A stretch of 58,004 nt of DNA, counting the filler, from Dirinaria sp. TL-2023a (Eukaryota), in NCBI GenBank assembly GCA_051941275.1. It is 8 parts of 8 records of this genome, joined end to end, with 100 filler letters (N's around TTAATTAATTAA, not from the genome) between each part and the next. Parts side by side here need not be neighbours in the genome. Positions count along the whole stretch, not along the records: positions 7,286 to 14,469 come from JAVEBF010001356.1; positions 14,570 to 21,742 come from JAVEBF010001357.1; positions 21,843 to 29,014 come from JAVEBF010001358.1; 5 more parts are not named here. The stretch is one strand, 5' to 3'. This document shows positions 12,001-25,475 of the stretch, piece by piece. Each line of letters begins with the position of its first letter. Within the stretch, counting starts at the first letter, position 1. The notes under the pieces were generated by a model. The model saw nothing but the letters and a program-made list of their open reading frames with translations, ran no database searches and was not told where the DNA came from. The translations under genes and the position numbers were made by a program.

Positions 12001-14195
12001 ATGACTATGTCACAGAAGCCGCCTGTAAGGCGGACAGTCTATACCGGCACCTTTGTACATACCCCTTCACTGGGCAAGCTAGAAGTCCTGAAAAATGCTG
12101 CAATTGGTGTTGATGAGCACGGCGTGATTGCTTTTATCCATAAAGGTTCACACTCGGAGGACCTGAATCCGGATGAATGCCCTTCGGACGTTACGCTGGA
12201 GTCAGAAGTACGCTCAAGGGTTCAGTCTCTAGGATGGGGAGAACAATGCGAAAATGAAGAACGCATCTCTGAACGCAATCATCGAGGGTGGAAGCATGTC
12301 AAGGGGAGAAAGGATGGGAAAGGATGGTTTTTCCCCGGATTCATTGGTACGTCTATCTCAGACTCGGCTCGCCACATTACTGTATTATTATGTTCCTCTC
12401 AAATGGTCGTCTCACCATCTTCTCTTGGAGAGATTTATCACTACAATGTTTCTTCCATTCAGAATCAGCAAGGAAAGATAAAATATTTTTCTTGTTCCAT
12501 CTTTCGTTGCTCCCCGAGGGCCCAGTTGTAGGCATTTCGACAGCCACTGGTGGTGAACAAAGCAACGCAGACCTGATAGTGTACTTCACTACCATGTGCG
12601 CAATGCTCTGGTCTCAATCCACTCCCATCTTCACAATTAGTTTTTCTATTCCCCTGAAATGCGCGAAATTCCACATTCAAGAGCATGTTCTCCCCTCTTC
12701 AACAGCTCTTGCCGGCAAGCTTCAAAGCAACACAATGCACCCAAAACTATGAAAACTATCTACTCCATTTGAGATGCAGAGTCTGTCAGGGAACCTTTTT
12801 CAGAGTCTCGAGCAATCTTGTAAACCATAAATCCCTTTCTGAAACCGAATTTCTGCATTCGCTATATCGAATTCATAGTATCGGCAACGACTGACTGCCT
12901 TACTAGACACGCATACCCACGCCTCTCAATATCCCAACACAGGCTTGTTCGGCAGCAGCACCCTACTGGACTGGCTCAAAAAGTACACATTCCCCATGGA
13001 ATCCTCCTTCAGCCGCATCACCCGTGCGCGCCACGTCTACACCCGGGCCATCACCCGCTCTCTAGCCCACGGCACCACGACAGCAGCCTACTTCGCGACG
13101 ATCCACGTGCCAGCAACGAACCTCCTCGCCGACCTTGCCTACTTCCACGGCCAACGCGCCTTCATCGGCCGCGTATGCATGGATTCGGACCAAAACGAGC
13201 CGTGTTACAAAGACCCGGACGCCGCCACCGCCATAGAGAAAACGAAAGCAACGATCACGCACATCTCCACCCTCGACCCGTCCCACTCGCTCATCACACC
13301 CATCATAACCCCGCGCTTCGCGCCCAGCTGCACGCGTGCGTCGATGAGCGCGCTCGGCGCCCTCGCCCATTACGAGTCACTGCCAATCCAGACACACATC
13401 TCGGAATCCCCCGCCGAAGTCGAGCTCGTGGCATCGCTCTTCCCTGAGTCCTCGTCCTACGCCGGCGTCTACGACGACCACGGCCTTCTTACCCCCCGCA
13501 CAGTCCTGGCGCACGGGGTGCACCTCACCGCAGACGAAAAACAACTCATATCCACCCGCGGCGCAAGCGTAAGCCACTGCGCGCTGAGCAACTCATATCT
13601 CAGCAGCGGTCTCTGTCCCGTGCGCTCGCTGCTCGACTTTGGCGTCAACGTCGGTCTAGGGACGGATATCAGTGGGGGTTACAGCCCGAGCATGCTGGCC
13701 GCAGCCCGAGAGGCGGCGGGGGTGAGCCGGATCCTCGCCTCACAATTACCCTCCGCAACAAAAACAGAAAAAGAAGAAGTCGAAAGGGTGAAACTGAGCG
13801 TGGAAGAGACATTGTTCCTAGCCACAGTTGGCGGAGCTCGAGCTCTCGGTTTAGAAAAGAAAGTAGGAACGTTCGAAGTAGGCAAGGAATGGGATGCGCA
13901 GGAGGTCGAGTGCGGGGATTGGACTTTCCCGGAGGAGGGGAATGAAGAAGGAGGCGTAGTAGAAGTAGAAGAGCCAGCGCAAAGCGGAAGGAAAGAACGA
14001 AAAGAGCAAGAGACCACCAACCCCGTCGAGCTCTGGGGAACCGAGAGCTGGGCGGAGAAAGTCGCCAAATGGATCTTTACGGGCGATGATCGGAATGTGA
14101 ACCGGGTTTGGGTCCGAGGCGCGCTGGTGCATGAGCGTGAGCGAGAGCGCGGACCAAAGCATCTCGGGAAGTCCTTCGATTTGCAGGCCTGGTGA
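12001..14195 (+). CDS. GUD1: Guanine deaminase (amidohydrolase family)
   Basis: Exons 12001-12346 and 12907-14195. Motifs GTFVHTP, PGFI|DTHTHASQYPN, LLDWLKKYTFPME, ITPRFAPSC, QTHISE, LAHGVHL, GLGTDISGG, GDDRN. Confidence 0.93.
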
Positions 14196-14384
14196 TTACG
14201 ATCACCCACCGACAAGGAAATTCCTTGAATAGCGATACATCGCCACGACTTTCTTCCAAAACTTATCCTCAACCTTCTTCTCTCTCTGTCTCTCAATAAC
14301 CACTCGAGCTGTGTCAATAGCGCTTTACCATATCTTCCAATCGTCTCCTTTTCGAACAAAGACTCGCATTTTTAAATTTTTTTC

Positions 14385-14419
<35 letters not shown>

Positions 14420-14469
14420 GAAATTAAGGTATAAACGTGCTGTACCCATACTTATGTATGTATGTATAT

Positions 14470-14569
14470 NNNNNNNNNNNNNNNNNNNNNNNNNNNNNNN
14501 NNNNNNNNNNNNNTTAATTAATTAANNNNNNNNNNNNNNNNNNNNNNNNNNNNNNNNNNNNNNNNNNNN
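14470..14569. other. Artificial contig linker
   Basis: 44N-TTAATTAATTAA-44N. Confidence 0.99.
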
Positions 14570-14799
14570 CTCCCTCCCCTCTGCAAACCACATAAAAGGA
14601 ACCAGGATGGAGTCCATATGTATATTTCATCGCTCGCAAATGGTGCCATTATCTACATATCTCAGTTTTATTTACACTTACAGGCCAAGTCTGACTTGCA
14701 CTACGGTAAAGACAGGTCCTTCTCCATGATTTACAAAACAAACAGTCTCCCACCCGCATTGCTTTCCCTGGGAGGACGTACCCCCCATGCTACGAATAT

Positions 14800-16981
14800 T
14801 TACAATTTCCTGTTCTGGATCTGAATGGGTGGAGTGTAGTGGAAGCGTCCGTATAAGACATAGTAGACGGTACTGAAGATGGTGATGCCACCGAACATGC
14901 TGATATTCCAATTCATCGATTGCGGCATGACGGGCGTCGCAGTGGGGAAGAAGCAGAAAATGAAGAAGGCGGCTAGAAACACCAGCGCCGCCAGATTGAT
15001 CGGCAGTCCCCAGCGGCCAAGGGAGAATTGAGCGTGCGGTAGCGGGTATCCCCGTAGGCGTTTGACGAAGATGCAGCCGATCGAGACCATGTAAGATGAG
15101 ATCAACGAGGAGATGGTGAGGGAGACAATAGCGTTGAGGGCGACAGTGGAGCCCAGGTTGAGGAGGGAAATGAGAACGCCAAATGCGAAAGAAACCCAGA
15201 CAGCGTTGAGGGGAATAAAGGTATTTCGGGAGACCTGTTTACTTCAGTCGTGCTATTGCTGCTTTTGACGTCAGGGTCAAGTACCTTCCGGAGAAAGGGT
15301 GAAAATGGAAATCCTTTGTCTCTGGCGAACGACCAAACCTGCCGCGAAGCTGTTGCGATCTCTGCGATGACTGAGCCAGTAACAAGTCAGCTTTGCAATC
15401 GCGCCGAATGTGTGAGGGGACGGCTTATGTCGCTCGTAGCGTTTCTTTCACATCTGAAACATGCCAGGATGACTCATTTCAGGAAAAGGTCGATTACTCA
15501 GACTTACCAGCAGCGACTAGGGTTATTATGATGATAGCAACCATGACGTTGGTTCCTGCATGGCTTTTGGTGACGTTGTAGAAGAGCTGGATGAAGGGAT
15601 AACCCGTTTTACCGGAAAGGATCGCCTCCGGATCGTTAATGGTGAAACAGAGTGTAAAGATGGCAAGATATCCAAGAACTGCATTGAGCGCTACGCCCCA
15701 GAACAAGGCCTTGGGGAGTGTTCGCGAAGCATCGTTAACTTCTTCGGCCCTAGAAAATTGAGGACAGAAAAGGTTAAATTGCTTGCATCAGATGTATCTT
15801 TTGGAGGGGGCAAATCGTACATATGAACCATACAGTCGAATCCCATCATCGAGCCCAAAGGGGTCAATAATCCTATCATGACCGCAGTCCCCATTGTGCT
15901 CCAATTTCCGGCATTGGTGAACTGGAGTAAGGCCTCTTTACCCGAATTCTTCTTTCCCATAACTAACAACGGGATGATCACGGCGAAGAGACCTAGGGCG
16001 TGGACAAATAGAAGCATGTTCTCAATCAAAGGCAGCCTCTTGGCCAGAGTCGTATTGAAAATTATAGCGAAAGCCACAACGCCGATGACAAGTAGAGTGC
16101 CATGCCATTGATGAGCCTTGTATGAGTCATTGTTGAGTATTATCAAGCCTTCGATGATGGTTCCGGCTGCAAATGAAAGACCGACTACAGATCCCTGCCA
16201 GCCCATAGCAAGTAGCCAACCTGGGTTTCTAAGTTTAGATGGAAGCGGCCAGTCTTAGGGCTTTTCATCCTTACCAGTAGTGTAGCTCAAGTATTTTTGA
16301 CATGAGGATGGTGAAAATTCAGATACCCAATGGTACTGGCCACCTGCCGTTGGAGACCTGTCCCAATCACACTCAATAATGTGGCCTGGTTTTTCTCGTT
16401 GATTCCTTACATAGAAGCCATCTCTCCGATGCTTAGGTAGATAAATGTAGATGCGATGATTGTTACTGTAAATCCCCAGAAAATGCCGGCTGCATGCCGG
16501 CTCAGTAATGGCCGCCTCGTCTGAGGACAAGAATACATAGAAAGCGTCCAAGACGACATTAGGAGACATGAAACTCACCAAGGCCTCCATCTGTCAGGGC
16601 AAATAGAAGATTGCTGCAGGGACTCAATGACATTGTACAGTTACGGGACAAGACAGGACTCACGCAAACAAAAGCTCCCATGTGCAGATGAGTATGGTGC
16701 TGAATCCCAATATAGAAGTAAACTTGAAATTCCGCTATATACATGCCTCATCAGCGAAAATACCTGAGTCAAGAGACATGGGCGAGTTTTACCCGCAACA
16801 CCTGTTGCCTTCCCAACATCAACATGTCTTCCTTGTCTCTCTCGGATCCCATATACTGGGGTGGAGGTGCATTGTCAAGCTGGATGATTTGTACGGTATT
16901 GCCGGAATGCTTCTCGTCGACTGCGACACTCTGCAGATGGCCATTGTCTGGCTCTGTTGGGGCCTCCTGAGACCACAGCAT
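14800..16981 (-). CDS. APC-family amino acid permease (GABA/choline permease-like); multi-exon
   Basis: LGRQQVLR|RNFKFTSILGF, EMASM|SPTAGGQYHWVSEF, EEVNDASRTLP, SRQVWSFARDKG, FSLGRWGLPIN, MNW; multiple hydrophobic helices. Confidence 0.9.
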
Positions 16982-18226
16982 GATAGCGAAAGTTGAAGAT
17001 AATGGCAGAAGTGCTAATTGGAAACTAAGTTACGAACGCCTGCACTGGCTGAATTGAGGAATGAGTAAGAAAGATTGAGTTTCTGACATTATCAGGTTGA
17101 CGAGGGGAGTCCCGTCTGTATGAATAAAATCTGCGTCGTAGCAAATAGCACCAAGGCGATGGATGAATTAAGACATGGTAGACTATGAAAAGGCGTGCAT
17201 ACCAAGCTTGCCTGCTGGAATGACACAGAGCCAATCAAAGCGAGATGTTCAGCGTGCATATGCATCTAAGTGGTGCGCCATCTCTGACTAGCCACCTCGA
17301 CCACGAGATGAGCCGTCTTTTGACTCTTTGAGCCATCTAATGTCAAAGGGTATCTGCCTATCTTCACTAGACACGAGCGGCGTGTGAAAGCATATCCCGT
17401 GGATCCTACCTAGCTTGAAATTCTCGAACCAGTCCGCAGCTCCGACACCGGTATCTGGGCATGAGACCTGGCTCGGTGGGGTTTTCCAATCCCCATATCT
17501 GATTAACAACAAGTAGCACATGGCGATTGGAATCAGGTACAGAGTAGTGGCCGATCTGGAACATACTTGCACCAGAAAGGTCTGAGCAGCTTCGTGTTCC
17601 GTGTAGGTAATAATTTCACGAAAGGCCAAGGATGTAGATCCTGCGGCCGAGACTCGCGTTAGATCATTTTCGTGCCGTTGACCGGTGCCGGCCAACTGTC
17701 AAAATCTAGGTACGAAGAGAAGATCGATTAAGCAGCGCACGAAAATATTTTGAACGTGAAATGAAGGATTTCACCACAGTGTTTTTGTCAGCAAGCGGAA
17801 GTTCGGCGCCCTGCTACCTAACTTTTTATTACCATCATTGGTAGAGTGTTGTAGGAACTAATTTTATCAGTCTCAACCTGAGAGGCCAAGCTTCGTCAAA
17901 TGATTTTGCCGAGTAAGTAGAATCGTTAGATCCGAAAAATTTGGTCGGCAAGAACAATAATGATACCGAAGGATGAGCGCCCAAGTATTGATCAGGGAAG
18001 GAAGATGCGCAAACCACTCATCTTCAAGTCAAGTAAAGAAGGTATTGGGTATCATTAGGGTACCAGTAGAGAACAATGACGTCAACTTCTTTACTCTCCA
18101 AAGTACAGACGGATGCAGGAACACAGACTGCAGCGAACAACTCCTCACACAGTACAAACTTCCGTTCGGAAGGCGTCAGATCAACCTGCTTCCCACTTCT
18201 GGTAATCTTTCCCACCACCAGCTATT

Positions 18227-19706
18227 ATGTCCGCGTCAAAGCCTATTCTTGCTTTCGCTGGCCTCGGAGCGATGGGTTACGCCATGGCTTCTCATCTCCT
18301 CAAGTCGGGCTTCCCCGTGGTCGCCTATGATGTCTATGCTCCTGCCATGCACCGGCTCGCTGCCGAGGGTGCCAGCTCTGCGCAGTCGCCCCGTGATGCA
18401 GCCAGCAGTGCTGAATTCTTGATATGTATGGTAGCAAACTCACAGCAGGCAACTCGATTGTTCTTCGATCCCGAAGCAGGGGCCGTCAAAGCATTGCCCA
18501 GAGATGGGACGATCCTCATGTGTTCCACCGTAGCTCCTGCTTACATACACAAGGTTAGACAAAAATTGAATGAGTTAGGAAGATCAGACATTCGCTTAAT
18601 TGATTGCCCAGTGTCTGGTGGCCCGTAAGTAATGTTTCAATACGTGTTGAGATCCAAATCTTTGAAGAGTTGTTGCTATGTAATCCTGCTCACCATCCCG
18701 AACTATGTTGATTTGGAGGAAATTCTTTTAGAGCTCGGGCAGCCGATGGCACTCTTTCGATATTTTCTTCCGGAGACAAGGTTCATCTTGATTATGCTCG
18801 CTCAGTACTCGAAAGCATGAGCAGCAAGCTTTACATGGTCCCTGGAGGATTGGGTGCTGGCTCCAAAACGAAAATAATACACCAAGTCTTCGCAGGCGTC
18901 AATATTGCCATGGCTTCCGAAGCCATGGGCCTGATAGCAGCGGCAGGAATCAACACTCAACACGCATTCGAGGAGTTGAAAAATAGCGAAGGCGATAGCT
19001 TCATGCTTCGAAATCGGGTACCTTTTATGTTGAACCCTGACTTACCAACTAATTCCGCGATTACGATCATCGCTAAAGACGTGGTATGGGTGAACCCAGA
19101 ATGATCTGCTGAGGATTGGACTGACACACGCTTCTGTCCCTAAGGCCATGATTACAAAGATGGGGCGAGACTCTAGACTAGCACTTCCCCTTGTGTCAGC
19201 TGCGGAGCAGCTGTATAGGGCATGCATATCGGCCGGCTGGGGGAAAGAAGACGATTCTGTTTTGGTGCGCCTATACTTGCTTGGCCAGTCTGACCTGGTA
19301 GCCAAGCTAGCCTCTCGACCCGTTGACATAGGAGAACCTCTCTTGTCAGTAGGCAATGTAGCAGACCTCATGGTTGGTGTGCATCTCGCAGTGACAACGG
19401 AGGCTATGTCTTTGTGCGAGCATCTGGGTATCGATTGCAACATGATGTTCGATGTTGTCAGCAACGCTGCCGGAGCAAGCTCGGTATTCATGAAATTATT
19501 CTCAAAATTACAAAAAGCGAATTGGAAGACCAAGAAAGTGGATGGAATAGAGCAAATCAGAGCAAGACTGGTATGGTTTCCAAACTTTGATCGTACTACG
19601 AACTTACACTTCTCAGGCGAACGCTATTGAAAAGGCTTTCCCGTTGCAATACCCATTGTTTTTGTCGTCAGCTGCTCTTCAAGAGCTCAATCGTCAAATG
19701 GAATGA
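18227..19706 (+). CDS. Beta-hydroxyacid dehydrogenase (3-hydroxyisobutyrate/L-threonate dehydrogenase-like) with an extra C-terminal helical module
   Basis: FAGLGAMG Rossmann motif, CSTV, DCPVSGG, GAGSKTKIIHQV (catalytic Lys). About four exons, ending at TGA 19704-19706. Confidence 0.85.
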
Positions 19707-20621
19707 CAGCCGAATGGTTTCAACCAGTAAACATCATTGAAATAGATCTGATGAATCGGAGAATTCCTTGCTTTCCACGTGATTGTTTCAGCTACATTGT
19801 TGGTGGAAAAGAGTTAATATGGTTCATCAACTGTCACATGTTGCTCCTGACGAACAGCTTTCAAGAGGTGACCGAAGCTGCACCCTCGTACCCATCTCCA
19901 ATCATCATCAGAGCCTACAGTCAAACTTGGTGTCAAGGAACCTCAGGTGCACCTGTTGCTGTCTTACATGAAGTTTTTATGGCTTAAGATGGCACATTCT
20001 CCTTCTAGGACCACCTGCAATCTCCCTCCGTCACTTCAATGGAGTTCAAGCATGAAAATGAAAGCCGGGCGGCCCTATCTCCTCAAACCTCTCTTGTCTT
20101 ATGACAGTAAAAAGAGTAGCCCCTCGCACGCAAGCGTGGCGATCGAGATGATCGGAGATTCGCTGGAGAACAGACTTTTCGCAACGCTGAAGGTCTCTTG
20201 ACCGCCGACGAATTCGCGAAAATAATCTCAAAGCTTTCCAACTTGACGATTTCAACTCAAATGACTAAATTTCTAATACATGCACACATTCACTACAGAG
20301 GTGCACACGTAGACTTCCGAATTTGAACACTGGCCCATGTTCTTCTCAGAATTCGTAAAGATATGCTCTTTCATGGGGGAACTTTGGCGACACAGAATCC
20401 CTCACAAGGTGGCGAAGCTGCGTGCTTTTGCTCATCGGTCTCAGACCAAATGAACCGGCACACGGCTTCAGCCTGACTTCAGCCTTGAAATTAACGACGA
20501 CTTCGTGTGCCACTTATTAGCATCTGGTTCGCTAACTCGAAGCGGCCGGATGTAGCATCTCTACAATCTAGTACCCCGATGCCAATGCCTGTCACAGAGG
20601 TCGTGACCAAACCCAGAAATC

Positions 20622-21264
20622 TCACACTTTATAAGAGGAACCACTTCCAATCCTCGTCCCACTCTCGTTTGCGAACTCAAACCGACACAGCTGCAACCAA
20701 CACGCCATCTCCAACCCTCTCAGTAAAGCCTGCATATCCCCCCACGTGATCGAATACGGTCGGACATTCTCGACCTGAAGATCAATCCCGTTGTGTCCGC
20801 TGTTCCAGAACCTTTGCGCCCCACCGCCGTCCATGATGAGCTGTGCGTTGATACCGTGCAGGGAAATTTGATGCTCAGTGATGGCTTTGGAGCTGGTGAG
20901 AAGGGTTTTGAGTTTCGCTTTGTAGGTCAGCCAGCTTGCATGGGCGTAGTAGAGGGTCATGTCCGTAGCAGGGATTTTCATTTTGAAGGGAAATCGTTTA
21001 TTAGCGTCCAATGGCCTGCGGTTTGCGCATGTTAGTGTGGGAGGCGGATGGACGGCGGTTATGAGTGGGGGTGTAAGGTAGCGAGGGCAGGTAGGCTTCT
21101 TACGCGGTGGTGTTGCCGGTGGTATTGACCCCGAACAGCAACGTCTGATTGGAAAACGGATCAGAGGTCTGTACGATCGAGACGGGATCTAGAGTAGTAG
21201 CCGGAAGGGAGACGACGGATTGGAACAATGAGAAGATCAGCAATGCCATCCGTGAAATCATCAT
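20622..21264 (-). CDS. Small secreted protein of unknown function (~184 aa)
   Basis: Exons 21264-21104 and 21015-20622 (GTAAGA...CTAAC...CAG) splice in frame. Signal peptide MMISRMALLIFSLFQSVVSLP; N-glycosylation sequons NQT and NTT. Confidence 0.72.
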
Positions 21265-21742
21265 TTTGGCTTCTTTTGCTGAATAGAAAACTGCGGAAGT
21301 TGTGAAGACTTGGGGAAAAAAGAACCCCAATTTTCTGGCCGGGACGTATCACATTAATAGATAGATATTTTACAGATCATGATAAAACCCTTCGGGTCGG
21401 TCTTCAGAACCCGTTCGCGACCAAGCGCGGCACATAGGAAACAGACGGACAGGACAGAAAAAAGAGAAAGGCGCAACCTATCTTCACCACGCGCTTTTTC
21501 GCGGGATTCTGCAGTATTCCGAAAGGGATTTGGAGATAGATCCGCTGTGATCACTTGAGATAAGAATATGATATCGACGTTCGCAAATAAAAGCTGGCGA
21601 TTTCCTCATTTGAATGACTCAGTCGAGTCTCATTAGGACTCGTCTTTCTATGACTGGACTTAAAGTAAGCCTTTGCTTTTTTTTTCAGCACTCAGTTTGT
21701 TTTGAAGCGACATCCTTTTTTGTTTCTTTTTCTTTTCTTTTC

Positions 21743-21842
21743 NNNNNNNNNNNNNNNNNNNNNNNNNNNNNNNNNNNNNNNNNNNNTTAATTAATTAANN
21801 NNNNNNNNNNNNNNNNNNNNNNNNNNNNNNNNNNNNNNNNNN
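21743..21842. other. Artificial contig linker
   Basis: 44N-TTAATTAATTAA-44N. Confidence 0.99.
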
Positions 21843-23624
21843 GTGAAGGTGTGGGGTGTCAGCAAAGTAAGTAGGGTGGTGTGGCGGTAAATAGTAGTTG
21901 CCGAATTAAAAATGAAATTGAACGAACAGAAAGGGATGTTCGCTTCTGTTTAAGTAAGGTATGAGATGCGTAACGTAAGGTAAACCCCAGCATGTACGTA
22001 CTTTTTATAGACACACACTCTCTCTGTCTCTCTTTTATATGCAGGCAGCGTAGGAGCGAGAGGTCCATAAGATAGATCTACAATTCGACAGGAGTCGAAA
22101 TGTAAAGAAAATAAATAGCATTGCATTCGAGAAAAAAAAGGGGGAGAAATAGGCAATAGAGAGAGAAGAGAGAGAGAAATCAGAGGCCGAGACTGATGAA
22201 AATGTTCCTTTTCTAATATTCTGAGCAGGGGAAGGTAAACTGACTTTTGTTATGTGTATGATAAAGTGATTCCTGGCCCCCTTGCCATTTCCTCCCAAAA
22301 AAAAAAAAAAAAAAAACTGGTGGAGGATTGCTTAGGATGGAATACTAAGGTATAGATATGGGGGTCCCTGGGTGGGTACCTTAAGTAAGGTAGTGACCTT
22401 ATCTACTAAGGTATGAGATTGTAGAATTTTTCCTTTTCTTTCATTTCTTCTTTCTTGAGCTAGTAGTTGGTACTGTATCAAGTAAGTAGTACCTAGTAAA
22501 AAAATTTTCGGAAGATCTACAGTAGTATGCTCAAGAGTTTACTGCCTAGAGAGATCAGGTGGCCCCCCCAAAGCGCACCTGTAGGCAGCTGGACCTGAGT
22601 ATCATATATCGCGCTAGCTGGCCCGGAACTTCGGTACGGCACCCTCTAGGCTCGCCACACTCTCTGTGCTGGAGTCAGTCGTACTAGTGCCACCAGCTGA
22701 ATGTTGAATGAGGTAATGTCGCCCAGACCAGCTAGCAAAATCTCCTAAACCGCAGCAATTTGCTGCCTAGGTATGATATGCCTGAGATCCATGAAGCTCA
22801 CCTGTAGTTCGCCTGGAGGACGCGGTCTTGGCGCGCATTACGCTAGCCAGGACTCGAGGCATCGACGCGCGGAGTTCAGTACGAGTACCTAGGACGGAAG
22901 AATGCGCTATGCCCAGGACTGCTTCTTTGGGCGAGCCAGACGGCGGCCTCAGCTGTCAATTGGAGCGTCTAGGTAGTCATTCTAGGTGATCCTCCAGGTG
23001 GTTACCAGCTGACACAATCAGTGGTAATCGGTCGCGCTAGCCAAGAGGGACAGTAAACACAAGGTACACATTTTAAGGCTCGGCAGGGTCCTCAAGTTCG
23101 ATAGCGGGATGATGACATTTTGCAGATTACGTGATCTTCAACCGTTTTTGTTCGTTTTCACGTGGGACTTGGATTTTCCGAGCTTCCTTTGTTGTGTAAG
23201 TAATAATGCCCTGTGAATGATGGTTTCGAAAGCAGCCTGTGTTCTAATCTCGTTCTTTCATAGGTGTTATCATTGGAAAATTCAATGCTTGTACTTATTG
23301 TTGTGGAATGAAGCTGTCAAGTATCAGTAGGTACGGAGTGAAGCCTAGACCTACCTTAAGGTACCTACCTTAAGGTACCTTAGCTGCTACTTTAGCTCAC
23401 TACGTTAGTTTAGAGGGCGTTACAATGCTTTGTAATCCGTGTGCGTCAGGTAGGTAAATGTAACCTTGATAATGTCTGCAGGGTTGTTTGTTACCGGCGA
23501 TCTGCACTGAAGCTCCCGTCGTTTATCGATACGGTGCGCCTTCTTGCCTTCTGGCGGAATTCCTTTGCGGACCCAGTCACCTACAGATTTTTCAATCTCT
23601 GGGTTGCTGGTACATTTGGTGATC

Positions 23625-25475
23625 ATGATGTTTGATCCCAAGGGTCGCGCGTTGCAGAGCTGCGTGGTAGCCGTTACCGCGTTGAGCTTCATGCAAATAG
23701 GCTATGATAATGGCTTGATGGGCGGCTTGGGTCAGTTCCTTATCCACCAATTCAGGATCCGGCCAAGCATTCTAGTCTAACAAAAGGGCAAGTGACGACC
23801 AATGCCTTCAACAAAACTTTCAACAAGCCGTCGTCCAATATGGTCTCCGTCATTGTGGCAATTTTCGAAGGTAGGTGGTCTGTACCAAGCGTGCGGCCGA
23901 AACCTTTTAACATGGCTGAAGTCGGTGCTTTCTTCGGTGCGGTCACATCGGCTTTCTTCGGTGAGAGGCTGGGCCGTCGAGTCAGCATCGCCATCGGCAC
24001 GGTTGTGATGATCATCGGCGCTCTGCTTCAGGCAACCGCATACGCTCGATCTCACCTGATCGTAGCTAGGATTGTTGCAGGGTTTGGCCTAGGGATCACA
24101 AACTCGACGGGACCGGTGCTGCAATCGGAATTCTCGCCAAAATCGAATCGAGGATTGTGTGAGTACTCGTAACGACCCAAGGGCTTGCCCCGGACCTGAC
24201 GAGAAATAGTTGTCTGCGTTCAATTGACGACTCTGAACTTTGCTACGGCACTTGTCTATTGGATAGACTTCGCCTTCAATCAAGATGGGAATTCTCACAG
24301 CTATAGCTGGAGAGTCCCATGTATTCTTCAATGTGTCTTCTTGATTCCCATGTTGCTTTTCATCCTTGTCATCCCTGAAACTCCAAGATGGTTGGCGTCT
24401 CACGACAGGCACGAGGAGTCATTAGCGGTCTTAAGACGGCTGAGAGGCTTCAAAGAGGATGACGAAACCATCGTAGCCATTCACAAGGATATAGTAGCGA
24501 CCGCTGCGTGGGAGAAATCAATAGGCGCTGGATCGTGGAGGGACTTGGTGAAAAATGACCGGATCAGGAGTCAGCGAAGGCTGCTCACTGCGTGCGCTGT
24601 ACAGATATTCCAGCAGTTGGGCGGCATTAATGCCATTATATGTAACTCTGACTCTTGCCACTACTCTTCAGAAGGCGCCTGACGTTGACCTAGATTATTC
24701 GCCCACCCTCTTCCAGAGCAGTCTGGGTTTCGATCAGCACACGTCGTCATTGATGGCAGGATGCCTTCAGACTTGGTATTTCGTTGCGTCTTTCATTCCG
24801 TGGGTGTTGATTGATCGTATCGGCCGACGACCGTTGGTATGAATCCAAGTGGCTCCGCTGGAAGATCGATTTGACTGACATATCCAGTTCATTTCCATGA
24901 TTAGTCTTATGGCCGCCGTGATGGCTGTTCAGGCCGGCTTGGTCCGGCAAGTCCAATACAATACCTCGGTCAAACATGCTGCTGGTGCTGCGGCGGCTGC
25001 AATGCTGTTCATCTTCCAAGGCGCCTTCACCATAGGCTTCCAAGCCACGGTTTGGGTCTACCCGTAGGTCTTCTTACTTCTGGCTCAGAACCTGTGTGCT
25101 ATTCTTGTGTTCTTAACCAGTGCTGAACCACTCTACAATAGTACCGAGGTATTACCCCTGCGTCTTCGGCAGCGCGGTTCATCCATCAGCACTGCTGCCA
25201 ATTGGATATGTAATTACGCAGTTGTCCAATTTACTCCGCCAGCCATCAGCAACATCGGCTACAAGACATATATTATCTTTGCTATCTTGAACGCAACCTG
25301 GGTACCAATCATATATCTGTTCTTCCCAGAGACGAAAGGGCTGGAATTGGAAGCGGTAGACCGTATTTTTGATGTGGAGACTGCGAATCCAGTCAAGGAG
25401 TCATTGAAGGCAGAGAGGCGTGCCGTGTTGCGCTTGAATGACAATGAGCGGATTACGAACGAGCTTGGCGCATGA
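23625..25475 (+). CDS. MFS sugar porter (STL1-like); multi-exon
   Basis: GYDNGLMGG, GERLGRR, ARIVAGFGLG, SWRVP, PETPRWL, QQLGGINA, IDRIGRR, EVLPLRLR, PETKG. Confidence 0.93.

Noticed and set aside
22540..23100. GC-rich, CTAG-rich stretch that could be a decayed gene or transposon
   Set aside because: No frame gave a recognisable protein and no terminal repeats were found.
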